Shown piece by piece: positions 49,398-61,548 of a stretch of DNA of 64,000 nt. The position numbers and the translations under genes are program-made. The DNA is taken from NCBI RefSeq assembly GCF_963921235.1, contig NC_086111.1, positions 36,084,001 to 36,148,000 of the forward strand. Direction: 5' to 3'. The stretch comes from Mobula hypostoma. Its lineage: Eukaryota. A model generated the notes under the pieces. The model did no database searches. It was not told the DNA's origin and saw only the letters and a program-made list of their open reading frames with translations. Numbering within the stretch: the first letter of the stretch is position 1; the number at the start of each line of letters is the position of its first letter.

Positions 49398-49722
49398 CAA
49401 AATTCCAGCAACTTACTGTGAGAAGCTTGTTGAAGGCTACTCAAAAGGTTTGACCCAAGTTAAACAATTTAAAGGCAATGCTACCAAATACTAACAAAGT
49501 GTATGTAAACTTCTGACCCACTGGGAAAGTGATGAAAGAAATAAAAGCTGAAATAAATCATTCTCTCTACTATTATTCTGACATTTCACAGTCTTAAAAT
49601 AAAGTAGTGATCCTAACTGACCTAAGACAGGGAATGTTTTCTAGGATTAAATATCAGGAATTGTGAAAAACTGAGTTTAAATGTATTTGGCTAAGGTGTA
49701 TGTAAACTTCTGACTTCAACTG
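49398..49722 (+). mobile_element. Sleeping Beauty (salmonid Tc1)-family transposon right end
   Basis: Frame 49399-49494 reads KIPATYCEKLVEGYSKGLTQVKQFKGNATKY*. Inner DR GTGTATGTAAACTTCTGACCCACTG (49499-523), outer DR ..CTTCTGACTTCAACTG (49696-722), then TA. Confidence 0.9.
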
Positions 49723-49724
49723 TA

Positions 49725-51800
49725 TACATTGTTAAAAAGCAGCAGTCACAACACCGACCCCTGTGAAACTCCATTGGTAACCGGCAGCCAGCCAGAATAG
49801 GATCCCTTTATTCCCACTTGTTTTCTGCCGACCAGCCAATGCTCCACCCACGCTAGTAATTTTTTGTAATTCCATGGGCTCTTATCTTGCAACGCGGCCT
49901 CATGTGTGGCACCTTGTCAAAGGCCTTCTGAAAATCCGAGTATACCACATTTACTACATCTCCTTTGTCTATCCTGCTTGTAATTTCCTCAAAGAATTGC
50001 AGTAGGCTTGAGAGGCAGGACTTTCCTTTCAGGAAACCATGCTGGCTTTAGCCTATCTTGTCATGTGCCTCCAGGTATTCCATAATCCCATCTCTAAGAA
50101 TCAATTCCAACAACTTCCCAACCACTGATGTCAGGCTAACCACTGATGTCAGGCTATAGTTTCCATTCTGCTGCCTCCCACCCTTCTTAAAAAGCAGAGT
50201 ACCATTTGCAATTTTCCAGTCATCCAGTACAATGCCAGAATCTATCGATTCTTGAAAGATCATCATTAGTGCCTCCGCAATTTCTCCAGCTACATCCTTC
50301 AGAACCCAAGGGTGCATTCCATCAGGTCCAGGAGATTTATCCACCCTCAGACCATTAAGCTTCCTGAGCACCTTCTCAGTCATAATTTTCACTGCACAAA
50401 CTTCACTTTCCTGACACTCTTGAATGTCCGGTATACTACAGACATCCTCCACTGTGAAGACTGATGCAAAATACGTACTCAGTTCCTCTGCCATCTCTGC
50501 ATATCTCATTACAATATCTCCAGCGTCATTTTGTATTGGTCCTATATCTACCCTCGACTCTCTTTTACCCTTTATATACTTAAAAAAGCTTTTAGTATCT
50601 TCTATGATATTAGTCACTAGCTTCCCCTCATAATTCATCTTTTCCTTCTGAATGACCTCTTAGTTTCCTTCCGAATGACCTTCTTAGTTTCCTTCTGCAA
50701 GTTTTAAAAGCTCCTCAATCCTCTATCTTCCCACTAGCTCTGGCTTCCTTGCATGCCTTCTCTTTTGCTTTTACTTTGGCACTGACTTCACTTGTCAGCC
50801 ACGGTAGTGTCCTTCTTCCCTTTGAAAATTTCTTCTTAATTAGAATATACTCTGTCCTCCCTCATTTTTCACAGAAACTCCAACCGTTGCTACTCTGCTG
50901 TCTTTCCTGCAACTGTCGCTTTCCAGTCAACTTCCGCCAGTTCCCCTCTCATGCCATTGTAATTTCCTTTATTCCACTGAAATACCGACACACTGGATTT
51001 TATTTTTCCCCTCTCAAATTTCAATGTGAACTCGATCATATTGTGATCACTGTTCCCTAAGGGTTCCTTAACATTAGGTTCTCTTATCACCTCTGGATCA
51101 TTGCACAACGCCCAATCCAGCTGATCCCCTTGTGCGCTCAACAACAAGCTGTTCTAAAAAGCCATTCCTTAGACATTCTGCAAATTCTCTCTCCTGAGGT
51201 CCAGTACTGACCTGATTTTCCCAATCCACTTTCATGTTAAAATCTCCAACGATTATCATGACATTGCCTTTCTGACACGCCTGTTCTATCTCCTGCTGTA
51301 ATTTGTAACCCACATCACAGCTGCTGTTTGGAGGCTTGTTTACAACTGCCATTAGGGTCCTTTTACCTTGCCATTTCTTAACTCAACCCATGGAGACTCT
51401 ACACCTTACAATCCTATAACATCTCTTTCCAATGATTTAATATTATTTCTTATACACAGAGCCACATCATCCCCTCTGCCTACTAACCTATCTTTCCGAT
51501 ATACTGTATATCCTTGGACATGAAGCTTCCAATGGCAGCCATCCTTTAGCCAAGATTCAGAGATGGCCACAACATCGTATTTGCCAATCTGTAACTGAAT
51601 TTCAAGATCATCCGTTTTATTCCTCATGCTGTATGCATTCAAATACAACACTCTCAATCCAGTACTTGTTGCATTCTGTTTTAACTGCGCCATGCCTCTA
51701 TTGCCTTGTAGCTCATGCCACTGGGTTTGATTAAGCCTCATCTGCTGCCTGTTCTTTCTATAATCTCTGTCGCACGCTATCTTTGATTTATTTCTGTTTT
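49725..51800 (-). mobile_element. CR1 LINE ORF2 (APE plus N-terminal RT), decayed
   Basis: LYLNAYSMRNK..AISESWL, VGDFNM, LGNSDHN, KSPGPDGMHP, LFKKG. Confidence 0.92.
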
Positions 51801-52229
51801 CGTCTGAATCATCTTATCTCACCATTAGTTGTCCTGCATTTATGCTGTATTCTAATATGCCCTGTAATCTAACCACTTTCCTACTCTTAGTAGTAGCTTG
51901 TTTCTTCCAACAATGTCCTAATATTTCACTATTGGCCTATTCATATTTCTATGACATCTATGTTGGCCATATTTTAAACTTCCCTATTTTTCTTATAATT
52001 CCTAAAACTCCTTCACAATTTAAACTATATACGTATGTTTGGAGGCCTTCTTTAGTGGGGAATTTTAAAACAGTCACACTGAATACCAATAAAATGATAA
52101 TGTGGGTGGACCATTAATTTCCTGTGTGAGCAACAATTCACATGCTTCAAATCTTGCTTGTTTTTTTCACTTCAACCAAATAAAGAACCTTCCACATCCT
52201 GAGAAATAAACAATCTGTGGTGGTGGAAG

Positions 52230-54545
52230 GAATAATCGATGTTACAATTTGAAAGCTTATAAGGGGTGGAAGGAGAAGTTAGCCAGTTTGAACAGATGGG
52301 GAGTGATGAAGCAGGGTCCAGTGGGTGATTGGTGGGCCAAGCAGGTGTGAAGGATTACAGGCAGACAAGGAGGAGGAGGAGAAAAAAAGAGGAAAGAGGG
52401 AAGAGGATCAGTAGAGTTGCAAGAAAAAAGACAGGTAGATGGCTGATGGAGCCAAATGGTCCAAGGAGAGGGTGAAGGTGGAGACAGCTAGGAGCGTGAT
52501 AAGCAGAAAAACAAAGGTTACTAGTGCTGGAATCTGATAAGTAAGGAAGGTGATAATGGAAGCCATAGGGGAAAGAAGACACAAGAGACCGCAAATGCAG
52601 GAAATCCGGTGCAATGTACAAAGGAGCAGGAGGAACTCAGTGGGTCAGGCAGCATCTACGGAGGGAAGTGGACAGTTACTGTTTTGGGTCAAGATGTTTT
52701 GGATCAATCAAGGCTGGAAAGAAAGGGGGGAGATAGCCAGTATCAAAGGGAAGGGGGAAGGATGGATAAGTGATTGGGGTTGTGGGCCAGGGGGGTTGTG
52801 GGAGGGTGCGATTGTGGTGGTGACAAGCAGGTGAAAGAAGGGGAAAAGTGGGATTAATGTAAGAAGCTGGGAGGTGATAAATGGAAGTGATAAAGAGCAG
52901 AAGAAGTTGAAATTTGATAGGAGAAGGCAGTGGACCATGGAATAAAGGGAAAGTGGTGGGGACGGGAGCCATGAGAGGAATGCATGCATGATGAGTAGAT
53001 GGTGAGGAAGAGGGGATGTTAGCTGGTGGGTTTAGGATATCAATGAATGGGACAGAAGGGCGTAGTTACCGGAGGTCAGAGAAATCAATGCTTCTGCCAT
53101 CAGGTTGGAGATTACCAAGGCAGAGAGAGGAAGGGAAGATTAAACCATAACTAATGGGGGAGGGGAAAGCCAGTGGGTGAAATATGTGGGTAATAGGTGG
53201 ACAGAACCATGAGCAGATCGAGGATGTGCAGTAGAGACATGGAGGGGTTGAGGAAAATGAGAAAGGAGACAAAGATGGAAGGGATAGAGGAGGATTGGAA
53301 GGGTGTTTTCAGGGAACACAATGCAGATGGAGGTTACTTGAAATTAGGAAGTTCACTGTTCATAATACTTGGTTGTCGACCACTGAGTGGGAATGCGAGG
53401 TATGGTTACTTTAGTTTGCACTGAGCCTCATCCTGGCAGTAGAGAAAGCTAAGGATGGACAGAACAATGTGGGAAGGGGAAGCGGAATTGAAATGACATG
53501 AAACTGGGAGTTTGGGATGGTTACTGTGGATAGAACACATTTAGTCCACAAATTACGTGCCTGGTCTGTGCTAGGTCAAGATTAGAGGAGATGCACGTGA
53601 ATCTTTGCTCCACCAAGAAGGGGAACTTAGGTTCCTGGAGGGTGATAAGGGGAGAGTAGACAAGAGACTGTAGATGCAAGAGAAGGCAAAAACAATGGCA
53701 TACCAGGACAGTCATGTTTATGGTATTGGGTAAGTGACAGATGTGGGCAGTGTGGTGTTGGTGCACTGTTAGGCCGGAGGCTGTGGACAGGAGATCTACT
53801 GATTTGATGAGATCTGTGACAGTGCAGGAGATGGTGTTTGTCATGAGGAGGCATCCAAGAGGTGCTAATGGACCTCTGCAAGGATGCGACCAGTCCACCA
53901 GTCTAAAATGACACCTCTCTTGTCTGTGGATTTGAATACCGTGTTGGAATTGTTGCAGAGTGAGTGAATGAGTGAATTCAGAGGGGTGAGGGAGGCAAAG
54001 AGGTAGAGACAGTTGATGTCACTGGAGATCACAGAGGGAGTGCAGAAACTGGAATCTGAGGCAACAAACAATCAGCTGGTAGAAATCAGCAGTCCAAGCA
54101 GTATCTTTGGGGGTGGGGGGGAGAGTAACTAATCACATTTCAAGATAAAAGCCCACATCAGAACCAAGCCTGGAGAGGGATGATATAAAGAGACAAGCGG
54201 CAGTGGCAATACAGGGACTGATGCATGATTGGTGAAATGAGGAGGGTGAAAGATGGTGAGCCAGGAAGGGGAAGAGGAAAGGTTGAACTGGATGACAGAG
54301 GCAGGTGGGGGTAAGGGATGGGTGAAGGTGGAGATAGCTGGGAGGATTATAATCAGGGTACCAGAGTTGGAATGACAAAAGTGATAATGGGACGCTAGAC
54401 CCTGTTTTAACACTTAGTCCTGATGCAAGGTTTTAATACAAAATGCCGACAATTCCTTTCAGATGAATTGCTGATACTGTACGACCAAATGAGCTACCAC
54501 AGCAGCTTGTTGCTAGAGATTCCAGCAGTTCAGTCGTACGTCTCC
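52230..54545. mobile_element. Cluster of old Penelope-like fragments (mostly minus strand)
   Basis: Purine-rich pLTR-type tracts and recurrent GGAACTCAG..CAGGCAGCATCT ends (52630, 54080). Degenerate AGTCCTGATGC at ~54416. Confidence 0.6.
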
Positions 54546-54879
54546 TCCCTACACTCTGAAATGTGGAGTGCAAATCCAAACATCTTGTACAATTTCAATA
54601 TATACATTTCTGTACACAGCACAAATTGCTTGGGACACCTACTTTTTATTAGTTGTATTCATATATCTACACCTTAAAATAATTCTGACGTGGAAATACA
54701 AATAGTATATTCAGACAGATGAAAGGTATGTCATTTCCTGAGTTGAGAAACAATCCTTAGTTATTCTTTTATTTATTTTATTTGTTACTTTGTTTTAATT
54801 TGTTAATATCTCTACTAAGAATATTAAGAATATTATCTCTATGAAGTATAAATTGGAAACAAATGTGGAAACATATATT

Positions 54880-56760
54880 AGAAACAGATGTTCTCAGAGA
54901 AATGTACAGAAGAAATGTGGCAAATGTTCGGGGATATTTGCATGGAGTTCTGCATAGGTACGTTCCAATGAGACAGGGAAAGGATGGTAGGGTACAAGAA
55001 CCATGGTGTACAAAGGCTGATGTAAATCTAGTCAAGAAGAAAAGAAGAGCTTACAAAAGGTTCAAAAAGCTAGGTAATGATAGAGAGCTAGAAGACTATA
55101 AGGCTAGCAGGAAGGAGCTTAAGAATGAAATTAGGAGAGCCAGTAGGGGCCATGAGAAGGCCTTGGCGGACAGGATTAAGGAAAACCCCAAGGCATTCTA
55201 CAAGTATGTTAAGAGCATGAGGATAAGATGTGAGAGAATAGAACCAATCAAGTGTGACAGTGGAAAAGTGTGTATGGAACCAGAGGAGATAGCAGAGGTA
55301 CTTAATGAGTACTTTGCTTCAGAATTCACTACGGAAAAGGATCTTGACGATTATAAGGATGACTTACAGTGGACTGAAAAACGTGAGCATGTAGATATTA
55401 AGGAAGAGGATGTGCAGGAACTTTTGGAAATCATCAAGTTGGATAAGTCACCGGGACGGGACGGGATGTACCCCAGACTACTGTGTGAGGCGAGGGAGGA
55501 GATTGCTGATCCTCTGGTGATGATCTTTGCATCATCAGTGGGGACAGGAGAGGTTCCGGAGGATTGGAGGTTTACGGATATTGTTCCATTATTCAAGAAA
55601 GAGAGTAGAGATTGCCCAGGAAATTATAAAACAGTGAGTCTTACTTCAGTGGATGGAGAAGATCCCGAGTTATGAACATTTGGAGAGGGATAATATGATT
55701 AGGAATAGTCAGCATGGCTTTGTGAAAGACAGGTCATGCCTTACAAGCCTGATTGAAATTTTTGAGGATGTGACTAAATGCATTGATAATGGTAGAGCAG
55801 TAGATGTAGTGTATATGTAGTGTAAGGCATTTGACAAGGAACTCCATGCAAGGCTTTTTGAGAAAGTAAGGAGGCATGGGATCCAAGAGGACATTGCTTT
55901 GTGGATCCAGAACTGGCTTGCCCACAGAAGGCAAAGAGTGGTTGTAGATGGGTCATATTCTGTGTGCAGGTCAGTGACCAGTGGTGTGCCTCAGGGATCT
56001 GTTCAGGGACCCCTACTCTTTGTGATTTTTATAAATGACCTGGATGAAGAAGTGGAGAAATGGGTTAGTAAATTTGCTGATGACACAAACATTTAAGGTG
56101 TTGTGGTTAGTGTGGAGGGCTGTCAGAGGTTACAGCGGGACATTGATAGGATGCAAAACTGGGCTGAGAAGTGGCAGATGGAGTTCAATCCAGATGAGTG
56201 TAAAGTGGTATATTTTGGTAGGTCAAATATGATGACAGAATATAGTATTAATGGTAAGACTCTTGGCAGTGTGGAGGATCAGAGGGATCTTGGGGTCCGA
56301 GTCTATAGGACACTCAAAGCTGCTACACAGTTGACTCTGTGGTTGAGAAAGCAAACGGTGCATTGGCCTTCATCAATCTTGGGATTGAGTTTAGGAGCCG
56401 AGAGGTAATGTTGCAGCTATCTAGGACCCTGGTCAGACCCCACTTGGAGTACTGTGCTCAGTGCTGGTCACCTCACTACAGGAAGGATGCGGAAACCATA
56501 GAAAGGGTGCAGATGAAATTTTCAAAGATGTTTCCTGGATTGGGGAGCATGCCTAATGAGAATAGGTTGAGTGAACTCGGCCTTTTTTCCTTGCAGCGAC
56601 GGAGGATGAGAGGTGACCTGATAGAGGTGTATAAAATGATGAGAGTCATTGATCATGTGGATAGTCAGAGGCTTTTTCCCAGGGCTGAATGGCTTGCACG
56701 AGAGGGCACAGTTTTAAGGTGTTTGGAAGTAGGTACAGAGGAGATGTCGGGGTAAGTTTT
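54880..56760 (+). mobile_element. CR1 LINE ORF2 RT region, decayed
   Basis: [60 protein letters not shown]. Confidence 0.93.
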
Positions 56761-57460
56761 TAATCCTATTTAATATTCTTCAAATAAATGAGGCAAGGAA
56801 CATCACAAATGAATTTAAAAATGCTTTTAAAGCGATTTTCAATTAATTCATTAAACATTTCGATTAAATGATATACACATTCTTAAAACCAATTACAGAA
56901 CATTTACAACTCAAAAATAGTGTACTTGGATAAATAATATATTCATTCTGATCAGGAACAATTATACAGCGGCCAAAAATCCAAGCATAAAAGAATGCAT
57001 TTCTCTGCAGTGTACTACACTTTTATTTATATTTATGTAACTGTTAGAGTCATGCTGCTTAATTAAAAATCAAAATAAGATTAGATCATTTTGTTCTTCA
57101 TTGTAATTACCAAAAGAATTATGAAATTAATCACATTTCCAAAGCTTTAGACAAAATACACAGATCCAGAGCCAAAAAACATGATAGAACATTTTGATTA
57201 TAGACATTATTATTCTAATAAAATGTTTGATTAAATCAGACACTGATTAAGTAGATATGAGTACAAGTTGGAATTTCACCAATAGTAAACAAGAAATTTT
57301 GTCTAATCTGGTTACTATTTTTCTAAATGTAGCCTTTGAATTTACAATACAAAATTGAATAGGGATTATACCACTGTTATCATGCTTTTCCCTCTGGTGT
57401 AGGTCAATTGATGCTAATTTCATTAAAAATCCAGTGGGAACACAGATTCAAAATCTGTTT

Positions 57461-58117
57461 TAGAAACATAGAAACATAGAAAATAGGTGCAGAAGTAGGC
57501 CATTCGGCCCTTCGAGCCTGCACCGCTATTTATTATGATCATGGCTGATCATCCAACTCAGAACCCCGCCCCAGCCTTCCCTCCATACCCCCTGACCCCT
57601 GTAGCCACAAGGGCCATATCTAACTCCCTCTTAAACATAGCCAATGAACTGGCCTCAACAGTTTGCTGTGGCAGAGAATTCCACAGATTCACCACTCTCT
57701 GTGTGAAGAAGTTTTTCCTAATCTCGGTCCTAAAAGGCTTCCCCTCGATCCTCAAACTGTGACCCCTCATTCTGGACTTCCCCAACATCGGGAACAATCT
57801 TCCTGCAGCTAGCCTGTCCAATCCCTTTAGGATCTTATACGTTTCAATCAGATCCCCCCTCAATCTTCTAAATTCCAACGAGTACAAGCCCAGTTCATCC
57901 AGTCTTTCTTCATATGAAAGTCCTGGCATCCCAGGAATCAATCTGGTGAACCTTCTTTGTACTCCCTCTATGGCAAAGATGTCTTTCCTCAGATTAGGGG
58001 ACCAAAACTGCACACAATACTCCAGGTGTGGTCTCACCAAGGCCTTGTACAACTGCAGTAGTACCTCCTTGCTCCTGTACTCGAATCCTCTCGCTATAAA
58101 TGCCAGCATACCATTCG
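57461..58117 (-). mobile_element. Young CR1 3' fragment, same subfamily as 33110-34848
   Basis: Open 183-aa frame, 171/183 identical to the C-terminus of ORF 33792-34766 by manual comparison. (TTTCTATG)n tail. Confidence 0.95.
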
Positions 58118-58323
58118 CTGGAGAGAGTCAATCATTTGTATTCCTTTTCATTTGACAAATAACCATTGATGAAATGAGATTGGTACTCCATTTCTGGCAA
58201 TAATCCTGATTCACTAAATCTGTGAATGAACTGTGGGAATTTTTGTCTCTGAAAATTCAGGAAATTATCCACTATCAACTGACCTGTGTTTAAAGTGGAT
58301 GAGTAACTTAAAAAAAATAAGCA

Positions 58324-59157
58324 TGTGACGACAAACCCAGACAATTGATGCTAATTAGAGAGATAAGGGAGACAATGGAGAAACGTTCAAAATGTTAATG
58401 AGAGAGGAGAGAGAGATAACGGAAAAGAAACACAATTCAGAATATTGACAGACCGGTTGCTTTGAACCTGAACTGTTTGAAGTTTGATGGACAGGCGATA
58501 CCCCAGCAAGGGGATAAAAAGAACAGGTTCGCTAAGGCACGGCACACCTCGAGATCACGAGATAATGAGACCCTGGAAGAGCGGTGTGCCCCCACAAGTT
58601 GGTGAGAGTTTGGAGGTCCAGTTCGCGGGAACCGACCATAGACTCACAGGGTGTAAAGGTACGATCGGCGGGAACCTGGTGTGTGTGTCCACCCTTGCCT
58701 GGGTGCCGGGTTCACCGCGGAAGAACAGTCATATCCGGAACGGAGGGGTCACAGTCGGTGACCACAGCGGGATAGAAGACATAAAAGGGTCCGCACAAAA
58801 CCAACTGCGAAGAACATCAAAGGTCTGCCTGAATCAAATTTGCATTCCCCCCCCCATCTCTCTCTCCAACGGTACAACAGCGATTACTGCGAACTGTACT
58901 AAGCTGAACTGAACTCTGCGTCACTTAAGACTGATCATTTTACCCCTAGACTGCAATAGAACTTGGTTGATTCCTATTACCCTAGTTCTGTGTACATATG
59001 TGTTTTATCATTGCTAACCTGTTGCATTTATATCCTTACGATTAGAGTACTGTGTTACTTATTTCTTAAGTAAAACTTTATTAGATCCTAGTAACCCAGA
59101 CTCCAACGAGTGGTCCATTTCTGCTGGTTTGGCAACCCAGTTACGGGATATGTAACA
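58324..59157 (+). mobile_element. Solo LTR (834 bp), related to 20238-21099
   Basis: TGTGAC...GTAACA termini, duplication AGCA (58320-23, 59158-61), and shared blocks such as TCCATTTCTGCTGGTTTGGCAACCCAGTTACGGG. Confidence 0.9.
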
Positions 59158-59285
59158 AGCAACACACAGAAAATGCTGTAGGGACTCAACTTGTCAGGCA
59201 GCATCCATGGAAATCAACAAAATAGTTGAAGTTTTGAGCCAAAACTCTACTTCAGGACTGGAAAGGAAGGGAAAGATACCAGAAT
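59158..59285 (-). mobile_element. Penelope pLTR tip, degenerate
   Basis: CAACACACAGAAAATGCTG..CAGGCAGCATC..TTCAGGACTGG. Confidence 0.7.
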
Positions 59286-59432
59286 AAACTTTTCCCACTT
59301 TTTAACTCGACAAATTAGAGAGCTTCCTAAGCCCTGTGAGAAATGAATAAGAAATTGTTTTAGTAGATGACACATTCCTGTAAACACTGCAAGAAATCAG
59401 TCATACTGAAATCCTGTTTCATTTCCACATAC

Positions 59433-59461
59433 CTTGACAATTAAATGGTTCTGCCACAACT
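59433..59461 (-). other. Candidate host-gene micro-exon, 29 nt
   Basis: Acceptor ttttgttaacttgttgtttgcag and donor AAG/gtatgt. Confidence 0.55.
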
Positions 59462-59559
59462 CTGCAAACAACAAGTTAACAAAATGATAAATCATATGTA
59501 GTGTGAAGTCATGTCTAAAAGCCAGAAAATACCATCAGTAGTAGTATTTTAAATATGAC

Positions 59560-60030
59560 TTGTATTGAGAAAGTCCACACCTACAAGCGATGAAGAAGAG
59601 AGCAAAGGCAAAGTGAATTCTTGGGATTTGCCCTGCTGGTGCACTGCAAAATCGAAGCACTTGGAGTTGGAGCTATGCTTGTTGGAGTGAACAATTCGTA
59701 GGGGAGAAGACGGGACAGAGGAGTTCTGATGCCTGTCCAACTAACCTGGGTAGGAGGGTGGACCGCTCTAAGTGCCAAGCTGAATTGGAGAGGTCAGGAG
59801 CGACTTCTTCAGCAGTGAAATCCAGGTCTGAAGCGAACCACTTGGTGATGTGTACAAGGCCTGGAGCAATTCGCCACGGCGAGGCCCGTCTCCTAATGTG
59901 AAGCATAATCCACTGTTTGGACAATCTAAATACCAGCCCATATAGACTGCAAAGGCGAGGTGTCAAGAGTCAGATGAGGTTGGATAGCTCTGAGCACTGA
60001 GCCGATTTGGAGAGGTTGAGAAGGGCTCCT
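59560..60030 (-). mobile_element. Probable Rex1/Babar APE fragment, inverted relative to the adjacent RT
   Basis: Weak similarity (CFT.., GVCCIL..QEFT) to the APE region at 8160-8560. Confidence 0.45.
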
Positions 60031-60039
60031 TTGGCAGCG

Positions 60040-61080
60040 AAATGTAGCCCCCTGCTCTACTCGCTTTACACTTATGATTGTGTGGTTGAGCACAGCTCCA
60101 ATGCCATATTCAGGTTTTCTGATGACATCACTGACATAGGCCAAATCAAAGGTGCTGATGAATCAGCATACAGAAGGGAGACTGAAAATTTGGCTGAGTG
60201 GTGCCATAACTACAACCTCTCACTCAACGTCAGCAAGACCAAGGAACTGATTATTGACCTCAGGGGAAGGAAACAAAAGGTCCACAAGTTAGTCCTCATC
60301 GGAAGATCAGAGGTGGAGAGCGTCAGCAACTTTAAATTCCACAGTGTCAATATTTTGGAGGAACTGTCCTGGGCCCAGCACATAAGAGTAATTACAATAA
60401 AAGCACGACAAGACTTTCACTTCCTTAGGAGTTTGTGGAGATTCGGTATGAAGTCTAAAATTTTGACGAACTTCTACAGATAGATATATTGACTGGTTGC
60501 ATCACAGCCTGGTATGGAAACAGCAATGCTCTTGAATGGAAAATTATAGAAAAGGTAGTGAATATAGACCAGTCTATCCTGGTAAAGCCCTCCCCACCAA
60601 TGAGCACATCTACATAAAACACTGCTGCAGGAAAGTGGCATCTTCAGGGACCCCCACCACGCAGGACACGCTTTCTTCTCACTACTGATATCAGGAAGAA
60701 GATACAGGAGCCTCAGGACTCACACTGCCAGGTTCAGGAACGGTTGTTACCCCTCAGCCATCAGGCTCTTGCACCAAAGGGGATAATTTCACTCAACTTT
60801 ATTTGCCCCAGTATTGAAATGTTCCCACAACAATGGACTCATTTTCAAGGGCTCTTCATCTCAAGTTCTCAATATTTATTGCTATTATTATTTCTTCTTT
60901 TTGTATTTGCTCAGTTTTTTGTCTTCTGCACAATGGTTGAATGCCCTAGCTGGGTGGTCATTCATCAATTCTGTTAATAGTTAATATTCTATAGATTTAT
61001 TGAGTATGCCCGCAAGAAAATAACTCTCAGGATTGTATATGGTAACATGTATGTAATTTGATAATAAACTTACTTTTAAT
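60040..61080 (+). mobile_element. Rex1/Babar RT-to-3' fragment
   Basis: SPLLYSLYTYDCV..FSDD..LNVSKTKELIID..LTNFYR, with a 3'UTR matching 12850-13146. Confidence 0.9.
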
Positions 61081-61548
61081 TTGATTCCAGGAATGAAAGG
61101 ATTATCATATGAGGAATGTTTGCACTCGCTGGAATTTAGATGGCTGGTTGGGGGGATCTCATTGAAACCATTTGAATGTTGAAAGGTCAAGACAGAGTAG
61201 ATGTGGAAGGGATGTTTCCCATGGTGGAAGTTTCTAGGACAAGAGCGCACAGACTTAGAACAGATGGGCATCCATTCAAAACAGAAATGCGGAGAAATTT
61301 CTTTAGCCAGAAGGTTGTGAATTTGTGGAATTTGTTGGCACGTGCAGCTGTGGAGGCCAGGTCGTTGGGTGTATTTAAGGCAGGGATTGATAGGTTCTTG
61401 ATTGGACATGGCATCAAAGGTTATGAGGAGAAGTCCGGGAATGGGGTTGAGGAGGAGGAAAAAAAAGATCAGCCATGATTGAATGGCTGAGCAGACTCAA
61501 TGGGCCAAATGGCCTAATTCTGCTCCTATGTATTATGGTCTTATGGTC
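61081..61548 (+). mobile_element. CR1 3' fragment
   Basis: SRTRAHRLR..FKTEMRRNFFSQKVVNLWN and a (TTATGGTC) tail. Confidence 0.9.

Noticed and set aside
58132-58344. 70-aa minus ORF with an upstream acceptor-like CAG
   Set aside because: No donor or homology; wedged between a CR1 and an LTR.
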